Part shown: piece after piece, positions 20,401 to 30,189 of the stretch
How the letters are laid out: every line of letters starts with the position of its first letter
How positions within the stretch are numbered: position 1 is the stretch's first letter
Source of the DNA: Candidatus Poribacteria bacterium
GTDB taxonomy: Bacteria > Poribacteria > WGA-4E > PCPOR2b
Direction of reading: 5' to 3'
NCBI GenBank assembly: GCA_965218095.1
Contig: OZ244587.1
Span: forward strand, 5,440,001-5,504,000
DNA: 64,000 nt
The notes under the pieces: model-generated
Told to the model about the DNA's origin: nothing
What the model saw: only the letters and a program-made list of their open reading frames with translations
Database searches by the model: none
Program-made: the position numbers and the translations under genes

Positions 20401-21321
20401 ATGAAAAAAACAACTTTGCGGTATGGCGTTAACAGGTTTCCTCATCGGGTTGTGCTTGTCGAATGCAGATGCGGAAAGTTACATGGGGAAGCAACACACA
20501 ATCGAGTTTTCGACAGGTGACTTGATAGCAATTCTAGACGATCAGGAGATAATAGCCCGGAGGACATGGTCAAAGCACTGTTTGAAAAGGTGCAAAGCAA
20601 GGGGGTGTCGCCGGAAATAACGGAGTCCACGCTTTACATCTCAGACAAAAAACTCCGCTTTGATACAGAAGCGCCAGAGGGAAAAATGTCTCAACCGATG
20701 CGGTTGGACGAGGGTAAGATGTACAACATCATGTGGGACAAAAAAACAGTACATAGAAATGTCGATTGAAAATATTCGGCAGATGCAGGCGAAAACCCAA
20801 AATGCCAGAGAGCAGATGAGAGGGATGGAAAGCATGCTTGAGAGACTTCCCCCAGAAGCACGCGCTGAATTGGAAGCACGAATGGGGAAGAAGATGGGCG
20901 GTGAGAGCAAGTCAGTGCGTATCAAAAAGACTGGCCAGAGCAAAACCATTAATGGCTTTCACTGTGAAGAATCCCGCATAAAAAACAAGTCCGAAAAAAA
21001 CAGGCCTGGGTGAGCCGCAAGTATCCTCCACTCCGGAAGGCTTTTGAAACCATGTTGATTGAATTTCCTAGTTTCGATGGTTCGGACAAGGAAGATAAGA
21101 CAGATCTCGAAATCTGGAAATAGATTCCTGACGCCTGACCTGTGGTGATGAAGGCGTTTGAATTTAACGCCTTCCGCGGGGAGGCTTCCCTTGATATACA
21201 AGAGATGGTGTCTATGGAGGAAAAATCTCTATCCTCGAAAACATTCGACGCACCTGCAGGCTTCAAAAGAACCACCATACAGGATATGATGCAGGGCATG
21301 ATGCCAGATGGTACACGATAA
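20401..21321 (+). pseudogene. DUF4412-like exported protein, multiply disrupted
   Basis: Fragments across frames: signal peptide, STLYISDKKLRFD, MESMLERLPPEARAELE, KKTGQSKTINGFHCEE, S.KTFDAPAGFK; frameshifts plus TAG/TGA. Confidence 0.6.
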
Positions 21322-21460
21322 AGAGGAGAAAAGGCACGACATTTCCAGTGTGCTTTGTGAACGGAGATTAAGCAACCATCGTGCTCCTTTCATCGGAAAA
21401 AGTTCCCGAACTTTTGGGAAGCTTGTTTTGTGAGTAGCGGTGCGTTAGTAGAGGTAGCCG

Positions 21461-22327
21461 ATGAAAGCCAAATACCATATGCGCTTCCTACTTTGTGTGA
21501 TATGCTTCGTTAGCGTGGGATGCAATACAGGGAAGTCTCAAGATCAACGACGTCCAGATACACAGAACAATGATAGCCATGAGAAAGCATCCCCTACACA
21601 CATCGCCGGCAAAGATGGCGCAGCGATGGCGCTGATTCCGACGGGAGTGTTTCAGATGGGCAGCGACAATGGTGCCCCCGATGAACAGCCGGTGCATACG
21701 GTCTACCTTGATGCCTTCTATATCGATAAGTATGAAGTCACCGCTGGGGAATACAAGCAGTTTGTCAAAGCAACTGGACATCCCGCTCCTGATTGGGATA
21801 GAGTCGTGGAATATGCCTCGACGGATGGACACCCAATCGTTTATGTCAGTTGGTACGACGCGATGGCTTATGCCAAATGGGCTGGAAAAACACTCCCAAC
21901 AGAAGCACAGTGGGAATATGCCGCCCGTGGTGGCTTGGAAGGGAAAGCGTACCCGTGGGGAGATGAGGCATGTGACAAAACGAAGGCAAACTACGACGGT
22001 TCAGAGATTGGAAAAACCACGCCTGTTGGTAAATATTCCCCAAACGGCTACGGTTTGTACGACATGGCTGGCAATGTCTGGGAGTGGTGCATGGATGAGT
22101 ACGATGTTGGCTTCTATGCGAAAAGCCCTGCCAATAATCCTGTATCGGGCGGTTTTATATCATTTGTTGACGACGTCTTTACAAAGGTTACCACCCGGCG
22201 CGTCGTGCGCGGCGGGGGGTGGGATGCCCCATCGCGTAGAGTACGTGTTGTGCATCGAGACGGCAATGGGCCAATCGGGGCGGTTGATAGCATTGGGTTT
22301 CGTTGTATAGCGCCTGTGGCGCCTTAA
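21461..22327 (+). CDS. Formylglycine-generating enzyme (SUMF1/FGE-sulfatase) family lipoprotein
   Basis: F.MGS...DEQPVHTV.LDAFYIDKYEVT, LPTEAQWEYAARGG, NGYGLYDMAGNVWEW, RGGGW, GFRC. Confidence 0.9.
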   Translation: MKAKYHMRFLLCVICFVSVGCNTGKSQDQRRPDTQNNDSHEKASPTHIAGKDGAAMALIPTGVFQMGSDNGAPDEQPVHTVYLDAFYIDKYEVTAGEYKQFVKATGHPAPDWDRVVEYASTDGHPIVYVSWYDAMAYAKWAGKTLPTEAQWEYAARGGLEGKAYPWGDEACDKTKANYDGSEIGKTTPVGKYSPNGYGLYDMAGNVWEWCMDEYDVGFYAKSPANNPVSGGFISFVDDVFTKVTTRRVVRGGGWDAPSRRVRVVHRDGNGPIGAVDSIGFRCIAPVAP

Positions 22328-22350
22328 GGCTATGAAAGGAGGCCCGTCGG

Positions 22351-22803
22351 ATGTCGTATCGACTGAGATGAGTTGAACTGAAGAGTTACAAGAATCTGGC
22401 TGCGACAAGTATTACCCTTGAACCGCTTACAATTTTGGTGGGCGCCAATGGCGCCGGCAAGAGCAACTTTGTGGACGCGCTTCGTTTCGTCAAGGAATGC
22501 TTGACCTAATCCGTCACTGTGGCCTTACAGAATCGCGGTGGAATTGGCGCCGTCCGCCGACATTCCAGAGGACATCTAACCCATTTCGGTTTTCGTTTCC
22601 AGATAGAAGGACCTCAACTGTCGGCCGATTATGCCTTTGAAATAGCCGCGAAATCTCATGGTGCCTTTGAAGTAAAGCGAGAGAGATGCCTTGTCGAATA
22701 CACACTTGGTGAACTGTTGCGGATGGGAGAAATGGTGACTGATAGTGAACCTGAAAAACAACCCATCCAGCAGCTTAATCTGTTTAGGACGAAGAAGGAT
22801 TGA
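22351..22803 (+). pseudogene. AAA_21/RecF-like ATPase remnant
   Basis: Manual: MSYRLR*VELKSYKN...LTILVGANGAGKSNFVDALRFV..*; internal stops and large internal deletion. Confidence 0.7.
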
Positions 22804-23428
22804 TGATGTTGGCAATTGTTCCAATCGTAGAGGGACATTCTGAAGTCAAATCCGTGCCTGTCCTCATGAGAAGAATCCTCAACCGGCATGGTATCTACGA
22901 TGTGGAGATCGCGAAACCGATCCGAGTCAAACGCCATCAAGTTGTTAAAGAGGGTGAGTTAGAAAAAGCAATTGGATTAGCTTGCTTGCGTCCCAACTGT
23001 GGTGCAATTGTCATTATTCTTGACGCAGATCATGATTGTCCAAAAGAACTGGACCTTGTTTACTTTGCCAAGGACAACAGGCGGCGTCAGACCTTCCTGT
23101 TTTGGTTGTTCTGCCCAAGTCTGAATTTGAAGCCTGGTTCCTGGGCAGCGTCGAATCTCTACGGGGAATCCGGGGTATTACAGACACGGCTGACCCGTTA
23201 TCCGATACGGAAGCAATCCGGGGTGCAAAGGCGTAGTTGAGCGAGCAGATGCCGGAACATCGCTATGTTGAAACGGACGACCAACCGGCTTTAGCCGAGC
23301 GTTTTTCTTTTGAGCAAGCCCATGAATAGTGCCGCTCATTCCGAAAGTTCATGAAAGATTTCAAAGGAATCCTGAACCAGATCTCCCAATTTGCAAATGC
23401 GCCCGGAGCGGTAACTGAGGCAATATGA
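22800..23428 (+). pseudogene. DUF4276 family (TOPRIM-like) protein, frameshifted
   Basis: IVEGHSEV.SVP.L, ILDADHDCP, EFEAWFL, E.IRGAK, YVETDDQP; frameshift and stops. Confidence 0.7.
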
Positions 23429-23444
23429 ATAAGGTTTCGGAATT

Positions 23445-24629
23445 ATGAAAATCATAGCCGTTGATCCATTTTACCTCAAAATGCCCCAAATCACCGACGC
23501 AGCAGATGGTACACAGGATACGCTCCTTGTGCGCATCCAGACAGACGAGGGGATCACCGGGTGGGGCGAATGCGATGCCTCACCGCTTGTATCGTTAGCC
23601 GCCTACTGCTGCCCGATGTCACATGGGAACATCATCAATATTCGTGAATCCTTAATTGGGGAAACACTTGATAGCCCCGACGATGTTTCCCGACTGCACA
23701 CAAAGGCGTTGCGTAACGGACTTGACATCCAGCAGATCCACCACGCCTACAGCGGCGCAGACATCGCCCTCTGGGACATTATCGGGCAAAAACTGGGTGA
23801 GCCGACCTACCGTCTGCTTGATAGCCAGTTCCAAAGCGCACATCCCAAGCTGCCGTATGCATCCGTTCTGTTTGGGGATACCCCCGAAGAAACATATCAA
23901 ATCGCATCACGGTTACGTGAGCAGGGGTATCGCGCTGCAAAATTCGGTTGGGGACCGATGGGGAAATTTGGTGAGGAGAACGATATTGCACTTGTCCGTG
24001 CCGCCCGCGAGGGCATGGGAGCAGATGCACAGATCATGATTGATGCTGGCGTGGCCTGGGGCGATGACCATGAGATAGCTTATGCCCGCGCCAAAGCATT
24101 TGCGCAATTTTCCCTTACATGGTTGGAGGAACCCCTCGCCCCTGATGCAATCGAGGCATATCGTGCGCTATCAAAGCAGAATCTACCTGTGCCAATTGCA
24201 GTGGGCGAGGGGTCTGGAACGTATCGCATGGCGGAAGACCTCATCTGTCACGGCGGGATTCAGTTTGTGCAGATCGATGTCGGGCGAATTGGCGGCATCA
24301 CAACCGCTTTCCGTGTGCGACAACTTGCCGAGCAGCATGGGGTTCAGTATGTGAATCACACTTTCAAGAGCCATTTGAGCCTTGCTGCTTCACTGCATGT
24401 GTTTGCGACCAATGAATCATTCAATCTGTTGGAGTATCCGGCTGCAGACTCTAAGCTATCTCAATGCCTGACGGTTGAGCGACTAAAAGTTAAATCTGAT
24501 GGACGGGTGGAGTTGACGGAGGGGCCGGGGCTAGGCGTGCGGGTTAATACAGAAGCGATGGGGGCGTATTTAGCCCCTGTGCGGATTCAGGTCGGTAACG
24601 AGGTTATCTTTGAGCCGGTTGAACTCTAA
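23445..24629 (+). CDS. Mandelate racemase/muconate lactonizing enzyme family
   Basis: TDEGITGWGE, DIALWDI.G, KFG, MIDAG, WLEEP, GEG, D.GRIGGIT, GPGLG. Confidence 0.92.
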   Translation: MKIIAVDPFYLKMPQITDAADGTQDTLLVRIQTDEGITGWGECDASPLVSLAAYCCPMSHGNIINIRESLIGETLDSPDDVSRLHTKALRNGLDIQQIHHAYSGADIALWDIIGQKLGEPTYRLLDSQFQSAHPKLPYASVLFGDTPEETYQIASRLREQGYRAAKFGWGPMGKFGEENDIALVRAAREGMGADAQIMIDAGVAWGDDHEIAYARAKAFAQFSLTWLEEPLAPDAIEAYRALSKQNLPVPIAVGEGSGTYRMAEDLICHGGIQFVQIDVGRIGGITTAFRVRQLAEQHGVQYVNHTFKSHLSLAASLHVFATNESFNLLEYPAADSKLSQCLTVERLKVKSDGRVELTEGPGLGVRVNTEAMGAYLAPVRIQVGNEVIFEPVEL

Positions 24630-24848
24630 CTTTACCCTCGCATAGCGAAAACTTACTGACTTCGATCTGGAATCGCCATATATTAAGTAGCGGACAAAAG
24701 TAGATCGATAATCGAAGGCACGTCACCCGCCGCTCAACTTTCAACTGTGCAACCTCAGAAGTGATTCATCACTTATCATGCCAGATGCCTGAACCACTGT
24801 TACTAAATGTTGAAATAATTCTGTCCAACGACTGACTGGAATCTAACA

Positions 24849-25619
24849 ATGGAGGAAAATATGATTCAAAAATATCTAGGTCTCTTGATTTTGAACCTTG
24901 CTATTATCGCAACAGCTTTTATTGCCTGTGCGATTTTCGTTTCTTGTGGAGATGAGGGGGAAGTGGTGACACCTGAGCCACCCACCCCGCAGCACCCATC
25001 GCCGGGTGAGCCAACACTTGAACCCCCTAGCCAACAGCAACCGGGTGAACAGACGCCGCAACCACAACCGGAACCACCGCTAGTTGAACAGATGCCACAA
25101 CCACCTGACCCACAACAACCGCAGCCAGCAGAACAGATGCCGCAACCACAACCGGAACCACCGCTAGTTGAACAGATGCCACAACCGGAACCGGAACCAA
25201 AGCCACCTGTTGCCCTTCCGGGACTCCCTGATGACACAGCGGGATATGAGCAGTGGTTGAAGCTGAACGCGCAACCGATCCCTCCGGTAGCGGGCTTCGA
25301 CCCACATCGTGGAACGAAAAATGTTTATGTCAACCAAACGCGTGAGGTCATTGCTCCGAATGGTCAGCAGCAGTTCCCTTATCCGGATGGCACGATTGTC
25401 GTGAAGGAAGCAATTCGTCCAGGTAAAGACTTTATTGGGCTGGTCGCAGTTATGTGGAAGGAAGCAGGAAGCAATCCCGCCGCTGGAGACTGGAAATTTG
25501 AGGAATTTACGCGAAACGCACCGGATGCAGAGTTTGGCTTGATTGCTGAGGGAGCAGCCTGCGCAGGTTGCCATTCGGGGGCTGCTGCTACAGACTTTGT
25601 GTTCACGCGACTTGAGTGA
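24849..25619 (+). CDS. Cytochrome P460-family lipoprotein with Pro/Gln-rich linker
   Basis: Lipobox-like FVSC, Pro-rich spacer, FPYPDGTIVVKE, AVMWK, GDWKF, C-terminal CAGCH...DFVF. Confidence 0.82.
   Translation: MEENMIQKYLGLLILNLAIIATAFIACAIFVSCGDEGEVVTPEPPTPQHPSPGEPTLEPPSQQQPGEQTPQPQPEPPLVEQMPQPPDPQQPQPAEQMPQPQPEPPLVEQMPQPEPEPKPPVALPGLPDDTAGYEQWLKLNAQPIPPVAGFDPHRGTKNVYVNQTREVIAPNGQQQFPYPDGTIVVKEAIRPGKDFIGLVAVMWKEAGSNPAAGDWKFEEFTRNAPDAEFGLIAEGAACAGCHSGAAATDFVFTRLE
25047..25186 (+). repeat. Intragenic 56-bp direct repeat (EQMPQPQPEPPLVEQMPQP)
   Basis: 25047-25102 and 25131-25186 differ at one base. Confidence 0.85.
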
Positions 25620-25689
25620 TAGACGATGGACAAATCAGCGTCTCTGTTTTTCACGCTTTATCACCTTTTACATATAAGGAGGTCATCAA

Positions 25690-26862
25690 TTGATATACAG
25701 GTTTCAGCTTGGATTTTTGGTCTTTTTACTCAGTGCATTGTTGGCAATTTCTTTCGTCCATGATAGCATGGCGCGCCCGGAATTTGCGGCGATGGAAGAG
25801 AAAGAGTGTAGCTTCTGCCACCTCGATCCGGCGGGCGGCGGACCACGCAACCCAGTTGGGCAAGTTTTTGAAGATAACTACTTTGAATTTCCTGAAGATT
25901 TCGATCCGGAAGCAATTATGGAGGAGGCGGAAGAGATTCGCCAGAAACTCACAACAGCGGTCAACATTCGTACCGCTTATGTCAAAACAACCGATGTTGA
26001 CCACGGAGGACGTGCAGGCAATTGCACGTCCTGCCACTCATCCATTGATAGTTTCCTGATGATGCAGGGCGAGTTGACCGTCAATGCACAAGCCTCGGAT
26101 AAACTTCGGATGACCCTATCCAACAATATGGGGACGCCCCTCAACATGTTTGCGACGGTTGATGCTATCCCCAAACACCTCTACGTCAAGGTGGGTCAAT
26201 TCCGCCTTCCCTTTGGTCTTAAACAGAAAGACCACAATATCCTGGTCCGTCAAGGGTATAACCTTGGATCGCATAAGCGGGATGTCGGGGTCGAGGTCGG
26301 GGGCACTTACGGCAAGTTGTTCTATAATGCCGCCGTGTTCAACGGAAATCGGAGTGCTGGGGGAGCCGTAGATACGAACCACCATAAGGGGCGGGTTGCA
26401 ACCGCTGGCGGTACGCTTGGACCCCTGCGGGGAGGCATCTCCTTTCTCCTTGATAGACCGTCAGATCGTGAAATGACCGCAGGAGCGTTTTTAACTGCCG
26501 TCCACAAAAATCTCACCCTCGAAGGCGAGTTCGATTTCGGAGGCAGTTTCGGCGACGATGAGAGCATCGGTTTCAGTGATGATGACATCACATCCAAGGG
26601 TTACTATTTTGGTGCGAAATATCGCGTGATGCCGGAACTGATGCTCTCTGGACGTTACGGATTGTTCGATCCGGATCGCACGCTCAAGGGGGATGCGAGC
26701 CAGCGCGTGACGCTTGCTGCACAATATATCTTTATGAAAAACGGTTCCCTTGAGCTATTCTATTGGCTCAATATCGCAAACGAGGACCACAACGAAACGA
26801 ACTCTGACCGGCAGCTTGAGGGGGTAGATCAGCTCATCCTGATGTCGCATTTTTGGTTCTAG
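25690..26862 (+). CDS. Cytochrome c - porin fusion (Cyc2-like) with two CxxCH
   Basis: Signal peptide, ARPEFAAMEEKECSFCH, second CTSCH, porin-like KVGQFRLPFGL and DVGVEVGG, C-terminal F. Confidence 0.7.
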   Translation: MIYRFQLGFLVFLLSALLAISFVHDSMARPEFAAMEEKECSFCHLDPAGGGPRNPVGQVFEDNYFEFPEDFDPEAIMEEAEEIRQKLTTAVNIRTAYVKTTDVDHGGRAGNCTSCHSSIDSFLMMQGELTVNAQASDKLRMTLSNNMGTPLNMFATVDAIPKHLYVKVGQFRLPFGLKQKDHNILVRQGYNLGSHKRDVGVEVGGTYGKLFYNAAVFNGNRSAGGAVDTNHHKGRVATAGGTLGPLRGGISFLLDRPSDREMTAGAFLTAVHKNLTLEGEFDFGGSFGDDESIGFSDDDITSKGYYFGAKYRVMPELMLSGRYGLFDPDRTLKGDASQRVTLAAQYIFMKNGSLELFYWLNIANEDHNETNSDRQLEGVDQLILMSHFWF

Positions 26863-26916
26863 TGCAGTTTTTAGCGAAAATTTCTAGAGGTTTGATCTAT
26901 AGGGGGAAGAGATAGG

Positions 26917-28002
26917 ATGTCTATTGCAACTAGTGCAATACTTGGTATTATTTTTCTTGGTTTGGGAAATGCCTCCGTGTTTTTGATGTATAAACTGTGG
27001 GGCTATCCCTTCGACCATGAAACCCGTACTAGCGCGGCCCCGAAATCGCTAATGTTTGTCCACCGCGCTATCGGCTATGCCTATCTGATCCTTTACATCT
27101 TCATGATGTGGCACATGGTGCCCCGCCTGTGGAATTATCAGGTTGAACTCCCACCGCGTACCGTTGCTCACCTGATGCTCGGTATCACAATCGGCGTTTT
27201 ACTTCTGGTCAAAATTTCGATTCTCCGCTTCTTCCGACACTTTGAGGAAGCGATGCCTTATATCGGGACAGCGCTCTTGATATGTACTTATCTGCTGATT
27301 GGTCTCTCTGTACCCTTCACATTGCGGGAAAGTGCTCTGCGGGTCAAGAGCGATGTCTTCAGCGATGCCAGCATCCAGCGGACGCATGCACGACTGCAAA
27401 TGGCGGGATTGCCGCCTGATGCGCCACTTGATAAGCTGGCTTCGAGGCGGAAACTGCGTGAAGGACAGGACGTTCTGTTGAAGAAATGCGTTCAGTGCCA
27501 CGATTTGCGAACCATCCTAGCGCGTCCACGCACTCCACCGGATTGGGTACGGACGGTGGATCGGATGGCAATCAAGCCGATGATAGGGGAACCGATTACC
27601 CAAGAAGATCAGTGGACGGTGTCCGCATATCTCATCGCTATCACGCCCGAACTGCAAAATTCAGCAAAAGAACAGCGGAAGCAGCGAATACAGGTCAGCA
27701 AAGCACAAACCGCCCTAGCCGTTTTAACGAATCCGGATGAAGTGATTGTAAATCCCGATGAGGTTGAGGAGACGGGTGAGATTCCTGCTGAAACGCCCTA
27801 TGCCCCGGACGTTGCGAAGGAGCTTTTTGAAATTACCTGTTCCCAATGCCATGAGCTTTCAGACGTTGATAATGTGCCGCCGACATCGGAGGAAGAAACC
27901 ACAGAACTGATCGCCCGCATGATTGATAATGGGCTCTTCATTGAAGAGGAGGATATCAAAATTATCGCTCGCTACCTGAATGAAACTTATGTGAATCGGT
28001 GA
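26917..28002 (+). CDS. Membrane-anchored dihaem c cytochrome with 4-TM His-containing N-terminal domain
   Basis: TM helices with HRAIGY and HLMLG, then CVQCH...W..TVDRM and CSQCH...RM. Confidence 0.8.
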   Translation: MSIATSAILGIIFLGLGNASVFLMYKLWGYPFDHETRTSAAPKSLMFVHRAIGYAYLILYIFMMWHMVPRLWNYQVELPPRTVAHLMLGITIGVLLLVKISILRFFRHFEEAMPYIGTALLICTYLLIGLSVPFTLRESALRVKSDVFSDASIQRTHARLQMAGLPPDAPLDKLASRRKLREGQDVLLKKCVQCHDLRTILARPRTPPDWVRTVDRMAIKPMIGEPITQEDQWTVSAYLIAITPELQNSAKEQRKQRIQVSKAQTALAVLTNPDEVIVNPDEVEETGEIPAETPYAPDVAKELFEITCSQCHELSDVDNVPPTSEEETTELIARMIDNGLFIEEEDIKIIARYLNETYVNR

Positions 28003-28305
28003 TGGGGAGCATGGGATTAGAAGTAACGCGAAAACCGATGGAGGGAACGAGACCGTTTGGCGGCTGTTATACTGCGAAAGGGCATAAATGACGCTTTTGT
28101 ATCTTGAATCCTGAATCTTCGATGGATATCACATTCAAGATGCAGGATACAGGACGCCAGTGATGTAAGTCATAACCTGTTGCGGTAATGTATGTATAGA
28201 CATGGTTTTTAAAGAGTAACAGATTCTCGGTGCTTCGCGGCGGGACTGGGGGAGAATCGCAAAAACTCCCCTGATCCACCGGGGAATTAGGGGCCGGGGG
28301 GCAAA

Positions 28306-29364
28306 CTAAAACAATCCAGAGATTGAAATCCGCTGCGAATCGCCGAGATCATGGGCGTTGAAAGCGTAGTCTGCAAAGAGCGTCGCTTCGCCGAAACGGA
28401 GGCGAAGTCCGGCGCCTGCTGCAAGTTCATCCCCCTCTACGCCGATACGGACGGCGACTATGTTGAACAACCAGTATTCCCCACCGAACCGGAAAAGCAC
28501 CTCAGAACCCCCAGTCGCCTTGAGCTCTTTCTGATCCGTCTCCAAATCTGCCCCGAACGTTGCATCACCGATTACAGGGAATGCGATATGGTAAGATACA
28601 CCAATCCGGAGCCGTAGAGCACGGGTGAACATGGGTTTGTCGGGCGTATTCCAGCGGATCTGTGTGCCGGTGACATCTTCCAACATCGCCCCGATCCGGA
28701 GTCCACGATATAGCTTAAGCATGAAGCCGAGATCAACCCCGAAACCATTCCCCCTGTTTTCAAAGAGCGACTGTCTGAGTAGCTTCAGATTCCCACCGAT
28801 CGCGAGCCTTTGACTGATCTGACGGGCATAGGAAATCAGCACCGCATTGTCTGTGTTACTGAAATATCCTGCGATCTGGGGAGGCTCAAAGTAAAACTCG
28901 CCTTCCTCCTTGATTCCGTTACCATTCTTATCTTGAAAATCATCTAAAATGCCATTGCCGTTTGTATCCGTGAAAGTGGTGTGCGGGATGTCGTTCACAC
29001 CGAGTCGAATCCAACTAAGCCCTAAGCTCCCGATACCTTCAATCTGATGAACGTAATTGACAAAGTTGTACTCTACCAAACCTTTGCTGAGAAAGCCTCC
29101 CCCTTCTGTCCCAAAGGAATCGGAGTACATCGCGGAGAAGGCGTGCTTTTGAATCTGGGCAAGCCCGGCTGGATTCCAGTATGCCGCCGTGGCATCATCC
29201 GCAATGGATACGAACACACTCCCCATGCCCAACGCCCGTGCCCCAACGCCGTGACTGAGAAATGCCGCTGCATGGCCACCTTCTTCAGCGAACGCCGCCA
29301 TTGATACAATCGTGAACCCGAGGGCAAAGGCGAATAGAAATACGATCAGATACTTTTCAAACAT
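28306..29364 (-). CDS. PorV/PorQ (UPF0164)-like outer-membrane protein
   Basis: FLSHGVGARALGMG, ADDATAAYWNPAGL, DYAF...DLGDSQRIS...F. Confidence 0.85.
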   Translation of the reverse strand: MFEKYLIVFLFAFALGFTIVSMAAFAEEGGHAAAFLSHGVGARALGMGSVFVSIADDATAAYWNPAGLAQIQKHAFSAMYSDSFGTEGGGFLSKGLVEYNFVNYVHQIEGIGSLGLSWIRLGVNDIPHTTFTDTNGNGILDDFQDKNGNGIKEEGEFYFEPPQIAGYFSNTDNAVLISYARQISQRLAIGGNLKLLRQSLFENRGNGFGVDLGFMLKLYRGLRIGAMLEDVTGTQIRWNTPDKPMFTRALRLRIGVSYHIAFPVIGDATFGADLETDQKELKATGGSEVLFRFGGEYWLFNIVAVRIGVEGDELAAGAGLRLRFGEATLFADYAFNAHDLGDSQRISISGLF

Positions 29365-29398
29365 AAAAATCTATGATATTTTGTAACATTTGTATTGG

Positions 29399-29830
29399 TC
29401 AGGAAGATGGCAGACAATTTACGGCTTGGATTTGGCGAGCAAAAGTGTCGATCATCCTATTGACCATTACAATATTTTGTAACATTCCTAAAATCTGTCC
29501 CATGTTGTCAAGATAGTAACCTTTTGATAAAATGAAATCACACTCGCCACTTAGCCCCTTTTCTGGAAGCACATCGAATCTTTTACCCGAATGAACTGCA
29601 AGATGTCCATGGTTTCTTTTGCCCAATTCCAGAAGAATTGGAGCGACAATAAACTCAGACCTTGCCTTCTCACTTGATGAAAATAGCCCCCAATCAAGAC
29701 TGACTGCAAATGTTTCCTTGAGCCATTCGCTCATCTCTAATGTGTCCACACTGTCAAACAGTTTCGCTCGTTCCTCAACTAAGTCAAATTCTGTTACAAC
29801 GTCTTGTAAACTAAAATCACTGTACGCCAT
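29399..29830 (-). pseudogene. Conserved hypothetical restriction-endonuclease-like protein, apparently internally deleted
   Basis: MAYSDFSL, SEKARSEFIVAPILLE, SG..FDV..EKGLSGECDFILS, then a direct jump to YYLDNMGQILG. Confidence 0.5.
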
Positions 29831-29909
29831 TGAAGAACACTCCCTTCTGCGGGACAATTTTCCTTACGGAAATATACAACAGCATCACATCCCATCTGTT
29901 TTTCCTTTA

Positions 29910-30175
29910 GAGCCTCTCCCAAAAATGTCATCCTGAGTGCAACGAAAGATCTCAAGGATAGTGGAAATTGAGATTCTTCACTTCGTTCAGAATGACAAGG
30001 TAAAAGCTAACAGAATCAGGACTTACGTACTTGAATGTTCCAAATTGAGCTGCAACCTGTTATAAATCCTGTATCTTGAATCGTGCACCAGATGCAGGAT
30101 ACAGGATGCAAAGTTCAGCATAGACACTCATTTCTTGTAGAAACTGCGTAAGTCCTAAGAATTTGGGATAGGCTC
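29910..30175. mobile_element. Composite MITE with nested REP/palindromic elements
   Basis: TIRs GAGCCTCTCCCAAA / TTTGGGATAGGCTC (13/14) flanked by TTA direct repeats; contains REP-like 29926-29997, IR pair 30018-30027/30147-30156 and palindrome 30066-30107. Confidence 0.7.
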
Positions 30176-30189
30176 TTAGTGCAGTCCGT

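Noticed and set aside
21461-22327. FGE-family gene as part of the selenoneine pathway
   Set aside because: Lacks the DinB/His Fe-binding domain, has a lipoprotein leader, lies on the opposite strand more than 6 kb from the cluster
22369-22371. In-frame TGA near the start of the AAA ATPase as Sec
   Set aside because: Position fits Arg (CGA to TGA); the gene also has a TAA and a large deletion
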